Origin: an uncultured Chloroflexia bacterium
GTDB lineage: Bacteria; Chloroflexota; Limnocylindria; Limnocylindrales; CSP1-4
Reading direction: 5' to 3'
Length of the DNA stretch: 64,000 nucleotides
Assembly (NCBI GenBank): GCA_963752475.1
Contig: CAVVYR010000006.1
Span: 704,001 to 768,000 of the forward strand
The stretch's first letter is position 1; the number at the start of each line of letters is the position of its first letter. Shown piece by piece: positions 19,311 through 30,100 of the stretch. Under the pieces are notes generated by a model. It was not told the origin of the DNA and ran no database searches. It saw only the letters and a list, made by a program, of their open reading frames with translations. The translations under genes were made by a program, and so were the position numbers.

Positions 19311-20579
19311 ATGGAACTGCGCCTCTCCCAACGGTCCTTCATTCCCCGCCTCGCGGCGGCGACCGCTGTGCTTCTTGCCCTTAGCCTGCCCCTCACGTCG
19401 GTCGCGGATGCTGCCGTCACAGTGCCCTTCAGGGCCAAGATGTCGGTCCAGCTCAGCCCCGGCATCACGTTCCAGCAGGGAACGATGAAGACGACCGGCG
19501 GGCGCAAGCAGGTGGTTCGCATCGGGATCGTCGATCCCAAGAACCCCAGCGTGCGGCTCAAGGCGCTGCTCTCCAACGACCGAGTCGTGAAGCGCGACCT
19601 GGTCTCGCAGATCGCGCTCCGAAAGCGCCGCAAGGGCTTCCGTCCGATCATCGCCACCAACGGCGACATGTCCACGCGTCAGCGCGTGGATGCGTACGCG
19701 GCGCCGCACTCGATGGCCGTGTCAGGCGGTGAGCTGATGGTGGCGCAGGCCTGCGCCCGACCGTCGCTGGGTGTCGATGCCGAAGGCAACGCCCGCATCG
19801 ACAACGTGCGCGCCCAGGTCGAGGTCACACCGCCCGGGTTCAAGTACGCCACCCGCATCCACAAGGTGAACACGCACCGGGACACAGGCCACGTCGTGCT
19901 CTACACGCGCCGCTTCGCGCCGCGCACGCAGACGGCCTACGGCGGCGTCGAGGTCATCCTCGATCTGCAGGGCAAGCTGATGGCCAACGGCAAGCAGACG
20001 GTGCGCGTCCTGCGCGTCCGTCGCGGGGGAGGGAACACCCCACTCAAGGCCGGCCAGGCCGTGCTCTCGGTCAAGAACCCGAAGCATTCCTGGGTCTACA
20101 AGCTGCGTCCAGGGCAGACCTTCCCGCTGCACACGTCCATCGTCCGCAGCAACGGCGGGCCCTGTGCAGACGGCATGCCCAAGGCGCCTGGCTTCAAGAA
20201 GGCCGTGGAGGTCCAGGGCGGCAACTGGTTCACACTTCGTGGCAGCCGGATCGTGGCGCCGACGCGCGCCAAGTACGCACCCGGCCAGCAGCGTCACCCG
20301 CGGACGGGCCTGGGTGTGACGGCTGATGGTCGCGTGATCATGGTCACCGTCGATGGCCGCTATGGCGGCAGTGCCGGCGTCACGCTTGCGGAGATGGGCC
20401 AGTTGATGCGGTCCCTCGGCGCCAAGCACGCCTTCAACATGGATGGCGGTGGCTCGACGGTGATGGCCCGATTCAAGCCGGAAGTGGGTCGCTTCGCGGT
20501 CGCCAACAAGCCGTCCGATGGTCGACAGCGTCCCGCTACGCAGGCCTTCGCAGCCTTCCAGGTCGCGCTCAGCAAGTAG
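19311..20579 (+). CDS. Secreted phosphodiester glycosidase (NAGPA-like) family protein, very basic
   Basis: Signal peptide; ATNGD, RHPRTGLG, VTVDGR, GVTLAEMG, AFNMDGGGST and NKPSDG motifs. Confidence 0.88.
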   Translation: MELRLSQRSFIPRLAAATAVLLALSLPLTSVADAAVTVPFRAKMSVQLSPGITFQQGTMKTTGGRKQVVRIGIVDPKNPSVRLKALLSNDRVVKRDLVSQIALRKRRKGFRPIIATNGDMSTRQRVDAYAAPHSMAVSGGELMVAQACARPSLGVDAEGNARIDNVRAQVEVTPPGFKYATRIHKVNTHRDTGHVVLYTRRFAPRTQTAYGGVEVILDLQGKLMANGKQTVRVLRVRRGGGNTPLKAGQAVLSVKNPKHSWVYKLRPGQTFPLHTSIVRSNGGPCADGMPKAPGFKKAVEVQGGNWFTLRGSRIVAPTRAKYAPGQQRHPRTGLGVTADGRVIMVTVDGRYGGSAGVTLAEMGQLMRSLGAKHAFNMDGGGSTVMARFKPEVGRFAVANKPSDGRQRPATQAFAAFQVALSK

Positions 20580-20680
20580 CCGGAACCGGCGAGCGCCATC
20601 AGGTCGCCTTCCTGCATCCCCGACGCGAGAGCGCGGTGGGCGTAGGCGTGGCGGAACGCATGCGGATGGAGTCGGATGTC
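20580..20680 (-). pseudogene. Tyrosine recombinase (integrase) fragment
   Basis: Reads DIRLHPHAFRHAYAHRALASGMQEGDLMALAG, the HxxRH...LAG catalytic box; the rest of the gene is absent. Confidence 0.75.
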
Positions 20681-20809
20681 GGCGGCGGTTCCACGGTGAT
20701 GGCCCGGCACATGAACGACAGCGGCAGGTTTCTGGTGGTCAACAAGCCGTCGGACGGCAGGCAGCGGCCAGCCACTCAGGCCTTCGCGGTCCTTGAGGTG
20801 GAGCCGTAG
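20681..20809 (+). pseudogene. Orphan diverged copy of the 3' end of the phosphodiester glycosidase gene
   Basis: GGGSTVMARHMNDSGRFLVVNKPSDGRQRPATQAFAVLEVEP* versus 20445-20579 GGGSTVMARFKPEVGRFAVANKPSDGRQRPATQAFAAFQVALSK*. Confidence 0.85.
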
Positions 20810-20843
20810 TCAGCTCGATACGAACCACGGTCCACTCGGATCG

Positions 20844-21547
20844 TCAGGGCCCCTGCTTCGGCGGGGGCTCTACTCGTGTCTGCGGCCAGGGACGCAACGG
20901 GCTCCCGATGAGCAGGTCGGAGGCGGGGTCGTAGTCCGCACCTCCGAGTGCGGGGGTGCCGCAGACGACGAGATCGGCACGCTCCCAGGGGCGGTCCTCG
21001 GCCAGGAACGGCTGCTCTTCGGCGTCCCACTCCCACCAGAAGTCGATCTCCGCCTGGCCGCCCCCATCACGCGCGATGCCACGACGGTTGGCTTCCTCCC
21101 GGTCGGACTGGACCCAGACGGCGGCGTCGAGCAGGGGAGCGAGAGCGCGGCGGCTGATGCCGCAGCCCTCGACTAGCACGAGCGGCGTCGCGGCCGGGAC
21201 CACGATCGAGCCTTCTCGGCCACGTGGCTTCCATGCCGGCGGTTGGTAGTCCACATCCTCTCCGCGTCGCAGCGGCTCGAGGATGCCCTCCGCCATGAGG
21301 TGGTCCCAGCCGAGAACGACTCCCACCACGCGACATCATCGGTGTGGACCACGACGCTTCCAGGTACCTGCTCCGACAGCCGAGCTGCAGTGGTGGTCTT
21401 GCCGCTGCCCTGACGGCCGTCGACGGCGATGAGGATGGGTCGGCCCGTCGGTGATCCGGCGACAGCGAGCAGTCCTGCCAGGACATCGGCTGTGGGCCGG
21501 GCGACCCATGGGGCAGCCCCGGGCTCGATGGGCAGGGTCTGGGTCAT
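20844..21547 (-). CDS. Uridine kinase-like P-loop protein; one frameshift near 21315
   Basis: IAVDGRQGSGKTT and VHTDD in one frame continue as GWDHL...LVEGCG in another. Confidence 0.75.
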
Positions 21548-21601
21548 CGAGGTTGGTGCCCTTGCGGCATGGTCGCGCAACGATGCCATACTTGAGGCCA
21601 C

Positions 21602-21678
21602 GCGCCCGTAGCTCAGTGGATCAGAGCATCTGACTTCGGATCAGAGGGTCGCGGGTTCGAATCCTGCCGGGCGCGCCA
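21602..21678 (+). tRNA. tRNA-Arg (TCG)
   Basis: GCGCCCG/CGGGCGC acceptor stem, TCTGA-CTTCGGA-TCAGA anticodon arm, GGTTCGAATCC, encoded CCA. Confidence 0.96.
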
Positions 21679-21740
21679 CTTGCTCTTCGCGAACCCCTAG
21701 CGCAGCGCTTGCCGTTGCCTGTACCCTGACCCGATCGCAC

Positions 21741-21803
21741 GAGGGGCCCTGACCCCCACGGGGGTGTCGCAGCGACACAGCTACTGGGAGGGTCCCCTCA
21801 AGC
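21741..21803 (+). promoter_or_regulatory. Structured 5' leader of RTX paralog P2 (candidate cis-regulatory RNA)
   Basis: GAGGGGCCCT pairs with AGGGTCCCCTC over the SD; internal GCGACACAG; TACCCT -10 at 21722. Confidence 0.55.
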
Positions 21804-22784
21804 ATGCGAAGCACCCGACTCCGCCATGTACTGGCCGTGGTCACCGCGGCCGCGGTCCTGGCCTCGATGACCGCCGCCACCGTGGCGTCCCCCGCCTCCG
21901 CCGCCAAGCCCCGCTGCCAGGGCAAGGTCGCCACCATCGTGGGTACCCGCAAGGCCGACAAGCTCGTCGGCACCGCCAAGCGCGACGTCATCGTGGCCAA
22001 GGGTGGCGCTGACCGCATCTACGGCCGCGGTGGCAACGACCTCATCTGCGCCGGCACGGGCAACGACCTCGTCGTGGGTGGCCCCGGTGCCGACACGCTC
22101 TGGGGCCAGCTCGGCAACGACCGCCTCCACGGCGGCCCCGGACCCGACTTCCTCGCCGGCCAAGTAGGCAACGACCTGCTCAACGGTGGCCTCAACTTCG
22201 ACAAGTGCTTCCAGGGCACTGGCATCGGCACGGTGGCAAACTGCGAGCTGCCCGCCGCTGCACCGCCACCGCCACCGCCCGAGCCGCCCACGCTCGTCAT
22301 CGCGTACAGCGACGCCAACAACAACCACAAGTACGACACCGGAGACGTGATGATCGCGAAGATCGTCGACACCATCGAGAACGGCTACATCGACAATGGC
22401 GACACGCTCAAGATGGGCCAGTACCCGACCACGCCGTTCGCTGTCACCCCCGCGGCCATCCGCAACACCTTCGAGGACTGGCGTGTGAAGAGCCATACGG
22501 TCACCAGCGTCGATACGAACAACGACCCTTGCGCCGTCTTCGTGACGTCGAGCGGCGGTAGCCACCAGTTCTGGGAGCACGGCGACGGCTGCACGAGCAG
22601 CGATCAGTACTACGAGTACACGGTCGACTACTCCGATATCTGGGACGCCAAGAACCCTGGCAGCGGTGACTACGTCGACTACGAGTCCGACTCTCCGAGC
22701 AAGCCGATGTCTGAGTTCTACCTCGGCGGCTATGGAAAGGGCGACGACGGCTTCATCGACGTCGAGATCTACGTCAACCCCTGA
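21804..22784 (+). CDS. Secreted RTX repeat protein, paralog P2
   Basis: Same architecture as P1; ends GDDGFIDVEIYVNP. Confidence 0.88.
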   Translation: MRSTRLRHVLAVVTAAAVLASMTAATVASPASAAKPRCQGKVATIVGTRKADKLVGTAKRDVIVAKGGADRIYGRGGNDLICAGTGNDLVVGGPGADTLWGQLGNDRLHGGPGPDFLAGQVGNDLLNGGLNFDKCFQGTGIGTVANCELPAAAPPPPPPEPPTLVIAYSDANNNHKYDTGDVMIAKIVDTIENGYIDNGDTLKMGQYPTTPFAVTPAAIRNTFEDWRVKSHTVTSVDTNNDPCAVFVTSSGGSHQFWEHGDGCTSSDQYYEYTVDYSDIWDAKNPGSGDYVDYESDSPSKPMSEFYLGGYGKGDDGFIDVEIYVNP

Positions 22785-22807
22785 TACCGTCCCTGCTCCG
22801 ATCGTGA

Positions 22808-22834
22808 AGGCCCGTCCCGTCGAGGGGCGGGCCT
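22808..22834 (+). terminator. Terminator hairpin shared by P2-P5
   Basis: AGGCCCGTCCC-GTCGA-GGGGCGGGCCT. Confidence 0.65.
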
Positions 22835-22943
22835 CCCTGCATGTTGGGCAGGGTGTCAGGCAGTCGATGGCATACTCGAGTGGCACGTCAGCACCATGTG
22901 GATCGTCGTGGTTGCGGGTGCCACCGATCCAGTGGGGGAAGAG

Positions 22944-23807
22944 ATGCGGACCGAACTCGACTGCGTGCCATGTCTGATGGCGCAGTCGCTCGATGCCAGC
23001 CGCCATCTCTCGGATGACCCGGCGTTCCACGAGCGGACCCTCGAAGAGATGCTGCGCTGGACGCTCGAGACGGACCGTCGCCATTCGCCCCCGGTGCTGG
23101 GCCAGCGCCTCCATGCACATCTTCGTGCGGTCACCGGCGAGGACGACCCCTACCGCCGCTCCAAGGACCGGCAGAACGAGCTCGCGCTGGGCCTGCTACC
23201 GGAGCTGCACGCGCTGGTCGCTGCCGCCGATGACCCGTTCGAGCTGGCAGTCCGCATCGCCGTCGCCGGCAACGTCATCGACCTCGGGATCAACCGAACG
23301 CTGACCGAAGCCGACGTCCACCACGCCCTGGAGCAGGCCCTGGCCGAGCCGGTCGCGGGACCGCTCGACGAGCTTCGGGCCGCTGCCGAGTCGGCTACCG
23401 ACATCCTCTACCTGGCCGACAACTGCGGCGAGATCGTCTTCGACCAACTCCTCGTGGAACAGCTGACGCCCGAGCGTGTGACCGTCGCGGTGCGCGGGGC
23501 TCCGATCCTCAACGACGCCACGCTCATGGATGCCGAGACCACGGGGATGACCCAGCTCGTCGAGGTCATCGACAACGGCTCCGATGCTCCCGGCACGCTC
23601 CTCGACGACTGCAGCCTGGAGTTCCGCCAGCGGTTCGAGTCCGCCGACCTGGTGATCGCCAAGGGCCAGGGCAACTACGAGTCGCTAGGTGAGGCGCCTC
23701 GGCCGGTCTACTCCCTGTTCAAGGTCAAGTGCTCGGTCGTGGCGGGCCATGTCGGTCTGTCCATGGGCACCGCGGTGCTGTCGAGGATCGGAACGCCTTC
23801 TTCCTGA
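22944..23807 (+). CDS. DUF89/ARMT1-like damage-control phosphatase
   Basis: CxxC N-terminus, DPYRRSK, AGNVID, YLADNCGE..FD, AKGQGNYE, KVKC. Confidence 0.9.
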   Translation: MRTELDCVPCLMAQSLDASRHLSDDPAFHERTLEEMLRWTLETDRRHSPPVLGQRLHAHLRAVTGEDDPYRRSKDRQNELALGLLPELHALVAAADDPFELAVRIAVAGNVIDLGINRTLTEADVHHALEQALAEPVAGPLDELRAAAESATDILYLADNCGEIVFDQLLVEQLTPERVTVAVRGAPILNDATLMDAETTGMTQLVEVIDNGSDAPGTLLDDCSLEFRQRFESADLVIAKGQGNYESLGEAPRPVYSLFKVKCSVVAGHVGLSMGTAVLSRIGTPSS

Positions 23808-23896
23808 TGTCTGGTGAGGGCCTCGGTCACCCCAGGGCACGATCTTCGCGCGACCGGACTGCTTGCGCCCGGGAGTAGCCTGAAGTCGTCGCATGG

Positions 23897-23948
23897 AGGC
23901 TCCGACCTCCGGGGCATCGGAGCGACGCAGACAGGGGGATCCAGCCTG
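23897..23948 (+). promoter_or_regulatory. Structured 5' leader of RTX paralog P3
   Basis: AGGCT..CCTCC can pair with GGGGG..AGCCT; internal GGAGCGACGCAG. Confidence 0.45.
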
Positions 23949-24908
23949 ATGCGCACCACCCGACTCCGCCACGCCGCGGCACTCTTCACCGCGGCCGCGG
24001 TGCTGGCCACGATGACCGCGGCCACCGTCGCCAGCCCCGCGAGCGCCGGCAAGCCCAAGTGCCAGGGCAAGGTGGCCACCCACGTAGGCACGAAGCGGGC
24101 CGACGTCATCCGCGGCACCGCCAAACGCGACATCATCGTGGCCCGCGGCGGCAACGACAGGATCTACGGCAAGGGCGGCAACGACCTCATCTGCGCCGGC
24201 ACCGGCAACGACCTCGTCGTCGGTGGTGCCGGTGCCGACGTGCTCTGGGGCCAGTTCGGGCATGACCGCCTCCACGGCGGCCCCGGTCCCGACTTCCTCG
24301 CGGGCCAGGTCGGCAACGACCTGCTCAACGGTGGCCTCGGGGTGGACACGTGCTTCCAGGGTACCGGTGACGGGCTCTGGGCCAACTGCGAGATCCCGGT
24401 GCCCATCCCACCCGAGCCGCCGACGCTCGTCGTCGCCTACGGCGACGCCAACAGGAACAAGACGTTCGACGCCGGGGACGTGATGATCGCCAAGATCGTC
24501 GACACCATCGAGAACGGTGTGATCGACGCCGGTGACACGATCAAGATGGGCCAATACCCCACGACCCCGCTGGCGGTCACGCCGGCTGCAATCCGCCAGA
24601 CCTTCGAGGCGTGGACGGTCAAGGAACACGAGGTGGTGGCGGTGGCCTCCACGTTGGGCGGCCACGTGAACGTCCAGACCGCGGGTGGCGGCGATCACCA
24701 TTGGTTCGACTCCAATAGCCTGTTTAGTGACCAGTACGTCGAGAGTGACGGCGACGGAACCTCGGACATCTGGGACAACCGCAATGCCGACACGACCGAC
24801 GGCGTCTACACCGACACCACCAGCCCGAGCGTGCCGACGAGCGCCATCGACATCGAAACGCCCCTCGGCAAGGGCGACGACTTCTTCATCGAGGTCGACA
24901 TCTACTAG
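23949..24908 (+). CDS. Secreted RTX repeat protein, paralog P3
   Basis: Same architecture; ends GDDFFIEVDIY; related hairpin at 24933-24961. Confidence 0.88.
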   Translation: MRTTRLRHAAALFTAAAVLATMTAATVASPASAGKPKCQGKVATHVGTKRADVIRGTAKRDIIVARGGNDRIYGKGGNDLICAGTGNDLVVGGAGADVLWGQFGHDRLHGGPGPDFLAGQVGNDLLNGGLGVDTCFQGTGDGLWANCEIPVPIPPEPPTLVVAYGDANRNKTFDAGDVMIAKIVDTIENGVIDAGDTIKMGQYPTTPLAVTPAAIRQTFEAWTVKEHEVVAVASTLGGHVNVQTAGGGDHHWFDSNSLFSDQYVESDGDGTSDIWDNRNADTTDGVYTDTTSPSVPTSAIDIETPLGKGDDFFIEVDIY

Positions 24909-24983
24909 TCGCCCGATCTGATCCTCGCCTCAGGGGTCCGTCCCGTCCACGGGCGGGCCCCGTCGTCTTGCGGGGCTGACCCT

Positions 24984-25994
24984 TCAGACGCGTGCTGCGA
25001 GGGCCTTGTTCACCGCGGGGATGATCTCCGCGCCGTAGATCTCCAGCTGCTCTTCCTCGTCGCCGTTCATGAGGTAGATGTTGAACTGGTCGACGCCGAC
25101 CTCGGCCAGCTGCAGCAGGCGCTCGACGTGCGCCGCCGGCTCGCCCAGGATGGAGAAGCGGTCGATGACGTCGCCCTCGATGTAGTCGGCGTTCGATGAC
25201 CCGACCTCCGCGTGGTGTCGGTAGTCGTATTCCTCGCGCTCGGTGATGTAGCCGGTCAGCGACTCGGGCAGCTCGTCGGGCGGGACCTTCTTGACGAGGT
25301 CGACGACGTGGTTGGCCACCATCGCGGGGAACCACTTCGTGCGCTCGCGGCAGTCTTCGAGATCGCCCACGTGGGCCGGGGCTGCCGCCTGGACCATGAC
25401 CGAATCGGGGTCGCGCCCTGCGTCGGCCGCGGCCTTGCGCATCGTGCCCGCCATCCATTCGATCAGCGCCGGGTCGCCGATCTGCAGGATGAGCCCGTCG
25501 GCCACACGACCGGTCAGCGCCAGCGCCATCGGGCCGTAGCCCGCGACCCAGACCGGCAGCTTGGCGCGCTCGGTCCAGGTCAGGTCGAGGTGCGTACCCC
25601 GGTAGTCCACCGGCCGCCCTTCGGCCAGCTCGCGGATGACCTCGATGGCGTGCTCCATCGTCTTGAGCTTCGTGGGCGGCAGACCAAGCAGCCGCACCGC
25701 ACCGTCGCCGCGGCCCATGCCCAGGTCCATGCGTCCGCCGCTGACCTCCTGCAGCGTGGCCAGCACGCTGGCGGTGACGCTGGGGTCGCGCGTGGTGGGG
25801 TTCGTGACGCAGGCGCCAAGGCGCATCGTCCTGGTCGTGGTCGCAAGGACGGTGAGCAGGGGGTAGATCTCGCGCCAGAGCACGTGGTTGTCCCAGAACC
25901 AGCCGTACGTGAAGCCGGCCTCTTCCGCCTGGTCAAAGAGGGCGACCGTGCGCTCGACGCTGTGCTCAGCCTTGAGGGTGAAGCCGAAGTCCAT
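24984..25994 (-). CDS. LLM-class, probably F420-dependent, oxidoreductase (TIGR03842-like)
   Basis: MDFGFTLK, WFWDNHVLWRE.YP, CVTNPTTR, GMGRGD, WVAGYGP, WFPAMVANH. Confidence 0.85.
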   Translation of the reverse strand: MDFGFTLKAEHSVERTVALFDQAEEAGFTYGWFWDNHVLWREIYPLLTVLATTTRTMRLGACVTNPTTRDPSVTASVLATLQEVSGGRMDLGMGRGDGAVRLLGLPPTKLKTMEHAIEVIRELAEGRPVDYRGTHLDLTWTERAKLPVWVAGYGPMALALTGRVADGLILQIGDPALIEWMAGTMRKAAADAGRDPDSVMVQAAAPAHVGDLEDCRERTKWFPAMVANHVVDLVKKVPPDELPESLTGYITEREEYDYRHHAEVGSSNADYIEGDVIDRFSILGEPAAHVERLLQLAEVGVDQFNIYLMNGDEEEQLEIYGAEIIPAVNKALAARV

Positions 25995-26133
25995 GGGCAG
26001 GGAGACTACACGCTGGCGAGGTGCTCCGGAAGCCCGGTCGGCCCGCTCGATGGGGCTGTCCGGCGGGTGTACGAGGGTGCCGGGGTTGTGGTTCAGTAGA
26101 CGCAGCCGACGACGAAGCCGCGAGGAGAAGTCC

Positions 26134-27156
26134 ATGGCCGCCACGACCCCGGGCCTGGTGTGCGCCCATCACCATCTCTACTCGGCGCTCGCCCGTGGCA
26201 TGCCGCCGCCCCCGGCCGTGGCCACGAACTTCCAGGAGATCCTGGAGCAGATCTGGTGGCGGCTCGACACGGCCCTCGACCTGGAGATGATCCGTTGGTC
26301 GGCCATGCTCGGCGCGCTGGAGGCGCTGGAGTCCGGTACCACCGCCATCGTCGACCACCACGAATCGCCCAACGCCATCGAGGGCTCGCTCGACGTCATC
26401 GCCGAGGCCTGCGCCGAGGTGGGCGTGCGCGTGCTTCCGGCATATGGCATCACCGACCGCCACGGTCCGGACGGCGCCCGCCGCGGCCTGGAGGAGAACC
26501 GCCGCTTCATCGAGGCCGGCAACAAGGGCCTCATCGGCATCCACGCCGCCTTCACCTGCACGGACGGCTCACTGGCCGAAGCCGCAGCCACGGCCGAAGC
26601 GCTCGGCGTCGGTGTCCACATCCACGTCTGCGAGGGCGTCGGCGACATCGACGCACCCAGCCGCCTCAAGGGCCTGACCCGTGATGACTGGCTGCTGGCC
26701 CATTGCGTGCACTTGCCCACCGATCACAGGCTCCGGGGCACGATCCTGCACAACCCCATGTCCAACCTCAACAACGGCGTTGGCTACGCGCAGCCGGCGC
26801 GCTTCGCCAATCCGGTGGCCCTGGGCACGGACGGCATCGGCGGCAACGTCATCGAGGCCTTCCGCCTGGCCTACGTCATGCAGCGCAGCGTCGATGTCAC
26901 CTGCGGACCCGACACGGCCTGGGGTTGGTTGGAGACCGGTTGGGAGCTGATGCCCGAGGCGCGCGAGGATGAGGTCACCTGGTCGTACGACCCGATGGAC
27001 CCGTGGCACATCGCCTTCACGCCGGGCGTCCGGCCGCTCGAGGTCAAGGTCGGTGGCGAGACGGTCCTGCGCGACGGTGTGGTCACCAAGGTCGACCCCG
27101 CGGAAGTCCGGGCCAAGGCGGCCGAACAGGCAAAGCGACTACACGCCCGCCTGTAG
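26134..27156 (+). CDS. SsnA-like amidohydrolase (purine catabolism associated)
   Basis: PGLVCAHHHLYS, WWRLD, GTTAIVDHH, GIHAAFT, HIHVCEG, LGTDG. Confidence 0.85.
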   Translation: MAATTPGLVCAHHHLYSALARGMPPPPAVATNFQEILEQIWWRLDTALDLEMIRWSAMLGALEALESGTTAIVDHHESPNAIEGSLDVIAEACAEVGVRVLPAYGITDRHGPDGARRGLEENRRFIEAGNKGLIGIHAAFTCTDGSLAEAAATAEALGVGVHIHVCEGVGDIDAPSRLKGLTRDDWLLAHCVHLPTDHRLRGTILHNPMSNLNNGVGYAQPARFANPVALGTDGIGGNVIEAFRLAYVMQRSVDVTCGPDTAWGWLETGWELMPEAREDEVTWSYDPMDPWHIAFTPGVRPLEVKVGGETVLRDGVVTKVDPAEVRAKAAEQAKRLHARL

Positions 27157-27197
27157 CGCCGCCAACGAAGCAGAAGCAAAGGCAGAGGAGCGAGGTC

Positions 27198-30100
27198 ATG
27201 GGCGATCGGTTCCATCCCATCTCGATGGAGCAGCTGACCGATTGGGTGTTCGACGAGCTCGAGACGAAGGACTCGATCTTCGGCGTGCCCCGCGCTGCCT
27301 TCTTCGTACCCGGCCCGGCCGACCGCTTCAAGGTCGACGTCTACGGCCGGACGCTCGAGACGCCCTTCGGCGTGGCCGCCGGCCCCCACACGCAGATGGC
27401 CCAGAACATCGTCGTCTCGTGGCTCGTCGGCGCTCGCTTCATCGAGCTCAAGACCATCCAGACGCTCGATGAGCTCGAGATCGCCAAGCCCTGCATCGAT
27501 GTCGAGGACGAGGGCTACAACGTCGAGTGGTCGCAGGAGCTGAAGGTCTTCGAGTCCTTGGACGAGTACCTGCGCGCCTGGGTGTTGGTGCATGCGTTGC
27601 ACCGGAAGCTCGGCTTCCCGGGTGACCCGGGTGTCGTCTTCAACATGAGCGTGGGCTACGACCTCGCAGGCATCAAGCAGCCCAACGTGCAGTGGTATCT
27701 CGACACCATGCGCGACGCGTCGGCCTACCTGCCGCAGTACGTCGACATCGTCGCCCGCCGCTTCCCCCAAGTCCGCGAGCTGGACATCCCAGCGACCGTC
27801 TCGGACACCATGACGCTCTCGACGATGCACGGCTGCCCTCCCGACGAGATCGAGCAGATCACGCTTGTACCTGCTGCAGGAGCGGAAGCTGCACACGTCG
27901 GTGAAGTGCAATCCGACGCTGCTCGGACCCGAGCGCGTGCGCGGCATCATCAACGACGACCTTGGCTTTGGCGATGTGCCGGTGCCGGACGAGGCCTTCG
28001 GCCACGACCTCAAGTACGTCGACGCCGTGCCCATGATCCACAACCTGCGCCGGGTAGCGGCATCGGAAGGCCTCCAGTTCGGGCTCAAGCTCTCGAACAC
28101 GCTGGAGGTGGAGAACTGGCGCTCGACGTTCGATGCCGAGGGCATGATGTACCTGTCGGGCCGGGCACTGCACCCGGTGACGGTGAACCTCGCGGCCATG
28201 CTGTCCGAAGAGTTCCGCGGCGACGTGATGCTCTCGTACGCCGGTGGGGCCGATGCTTTCAACGTGGCCGACCTGCTGGCCGCTGGCATGACCACGATCA
28301 CCGTCTGCTCTGACCTGCTCAAGACCGGCGGATACCTGCGCTTGCGTCAGTACACCGAGAACTTGGCAACGGCGATGGACGAGGTCCAGGCGGCCGACCT
28401 GGCCGACTTCCGCGCCCGTCGGGCGGTGGGTGTCAATGGCTTCAGCGAATTCGCGCCGGTGCTGCACTGGTCATCGCTGACCGACAGCAGCCTGGCCCTC
28501 GACCTCGACGCCTGCGCCTCGCTGGGCACCACCCTCGCAGACGGACCTGGTGCTCCGCTCGATGCCGCCCGGGCTTGGGCCCTCGAGCACGGTCATGACG
28601 CGGAGGCGCTCGTGGCGCTCGTCTCGAAGGTGCTCGCGCGGCTCAACCTGCGCCGCTACGCAGGGGAGGTCCGCGGCGACTGGCGCTATCAGAAGAGCTC
28701 CTTCCGCACGGATCGGTCCAAGACGACGCGGGAGCTCGGGCTCTTCGATTGCATCCAGGCCCCGTGCGTCGACGAGTGCCCGGTCGACCAGAACGTGCCG
28801 CTCTATATGAACGCCGTGCGCGATGGCGATCTCGCCGAGGCTGTGCGCCTGACGCGCGGCGACAACCCGCTGCCCTCGATCCTGGGCCATGTCTGCGATC
28901 ACCTCTGTGAGACGACCTGCATCCGGACGCACCTGGATCAGCCGCTCGCCATTCGCCACATGAAGCGGTTCATCATGGAGCAGGAGGGACAGCCGCTCAT
29001 CCCGCTGCAGCGTCCCGCCCGAGGCACCAGGGTCGCCATCATCGGTGCAGGGCCGGCCGGCCTGTCCGCCGCCCAGGCGTTGGCCGAGTCTGGCTTCGCC
29101 GTCACCATCTTCGAGGCACACGAGTACCCGGGCGGCATGGTCGGTGGGGCCATCCCCGAGTATCGGCTGCCACAGGCCGCGATCGACCAGGACATGGCCA
29201 TCCTGCGCGGTCTTGGCGTCGAGATCCGCTATGGACAGTCAGCCGGGGTCGACCTCACGCTCGACGACCTTCGGGCGGATGGGTTCGAGGCCATCTACGT
29301 GGCCGTGGGCGCGCAGCTGGCCAAGCGGCTCGGACTACCGGGCGAGGATGCCGAAGGCGTGATGGATGCCTTGGCCTTCCTGCGCAGCGTGCGCGAGGGC
29401 TCGCCGCTGTCGGTGGGCCCACGTGTCGGTGTCATCGGGGCGGGCGATACGGCCATGGATACGGTTCGCTCCGCACTGCGTGTGGGCGCCTCCGAAGCCT
29501 CGCTCATCTATCGCCGGACGATCGACCAGATGCCGGCCGACCCCGAGGAGATCGTGGCCTGCCGCGAGGAGGGAGTGGGTATCGTCGAGCTGGCGAAGCC
29601 GGCGTCGATCCGTGTCGAGGGCGGACGCCTCGCCGGCCTTGTCTGCACCCGCACTGAGTACGCCGGGGAGCGTGATCGCGCGGGCCGCAAGATCCCGGTC
29701 GACGTGCCCGGCTCCGAGTTCGAGATCGAGCTGGACACGCTCATCCTCGCCATCAGCCAGCACTCGGTGCTGGACTTCTTCGGTGACGAGCCACCGGAGC
29801 TGACGCGTGGCGGCTACATCGATGTCGACCCCTTCACGTTCGAGACGTCCATCCCTGGGGTCTACGCCGGCGGCGACGTCGCCCTCGATGGGCCCTCGTC
29901 GATCGTCAAGGCCGCGGCCGATGGCAAGGCCGTGGCGCGGGCCATCGCGACCGCTCTTGGGGGTGAGGTCGCCGACGAGTCGCCCGAAGCGCCGGCGCCG
30001 GTGGACCTGCCGGCCATGATGCAGCGACGCGCGCGTCGGGAGTATCGGGTGCCCGTCGAGCACACAGCACTCGAGGACCGGGCGGGCTTCGAACCGACGG

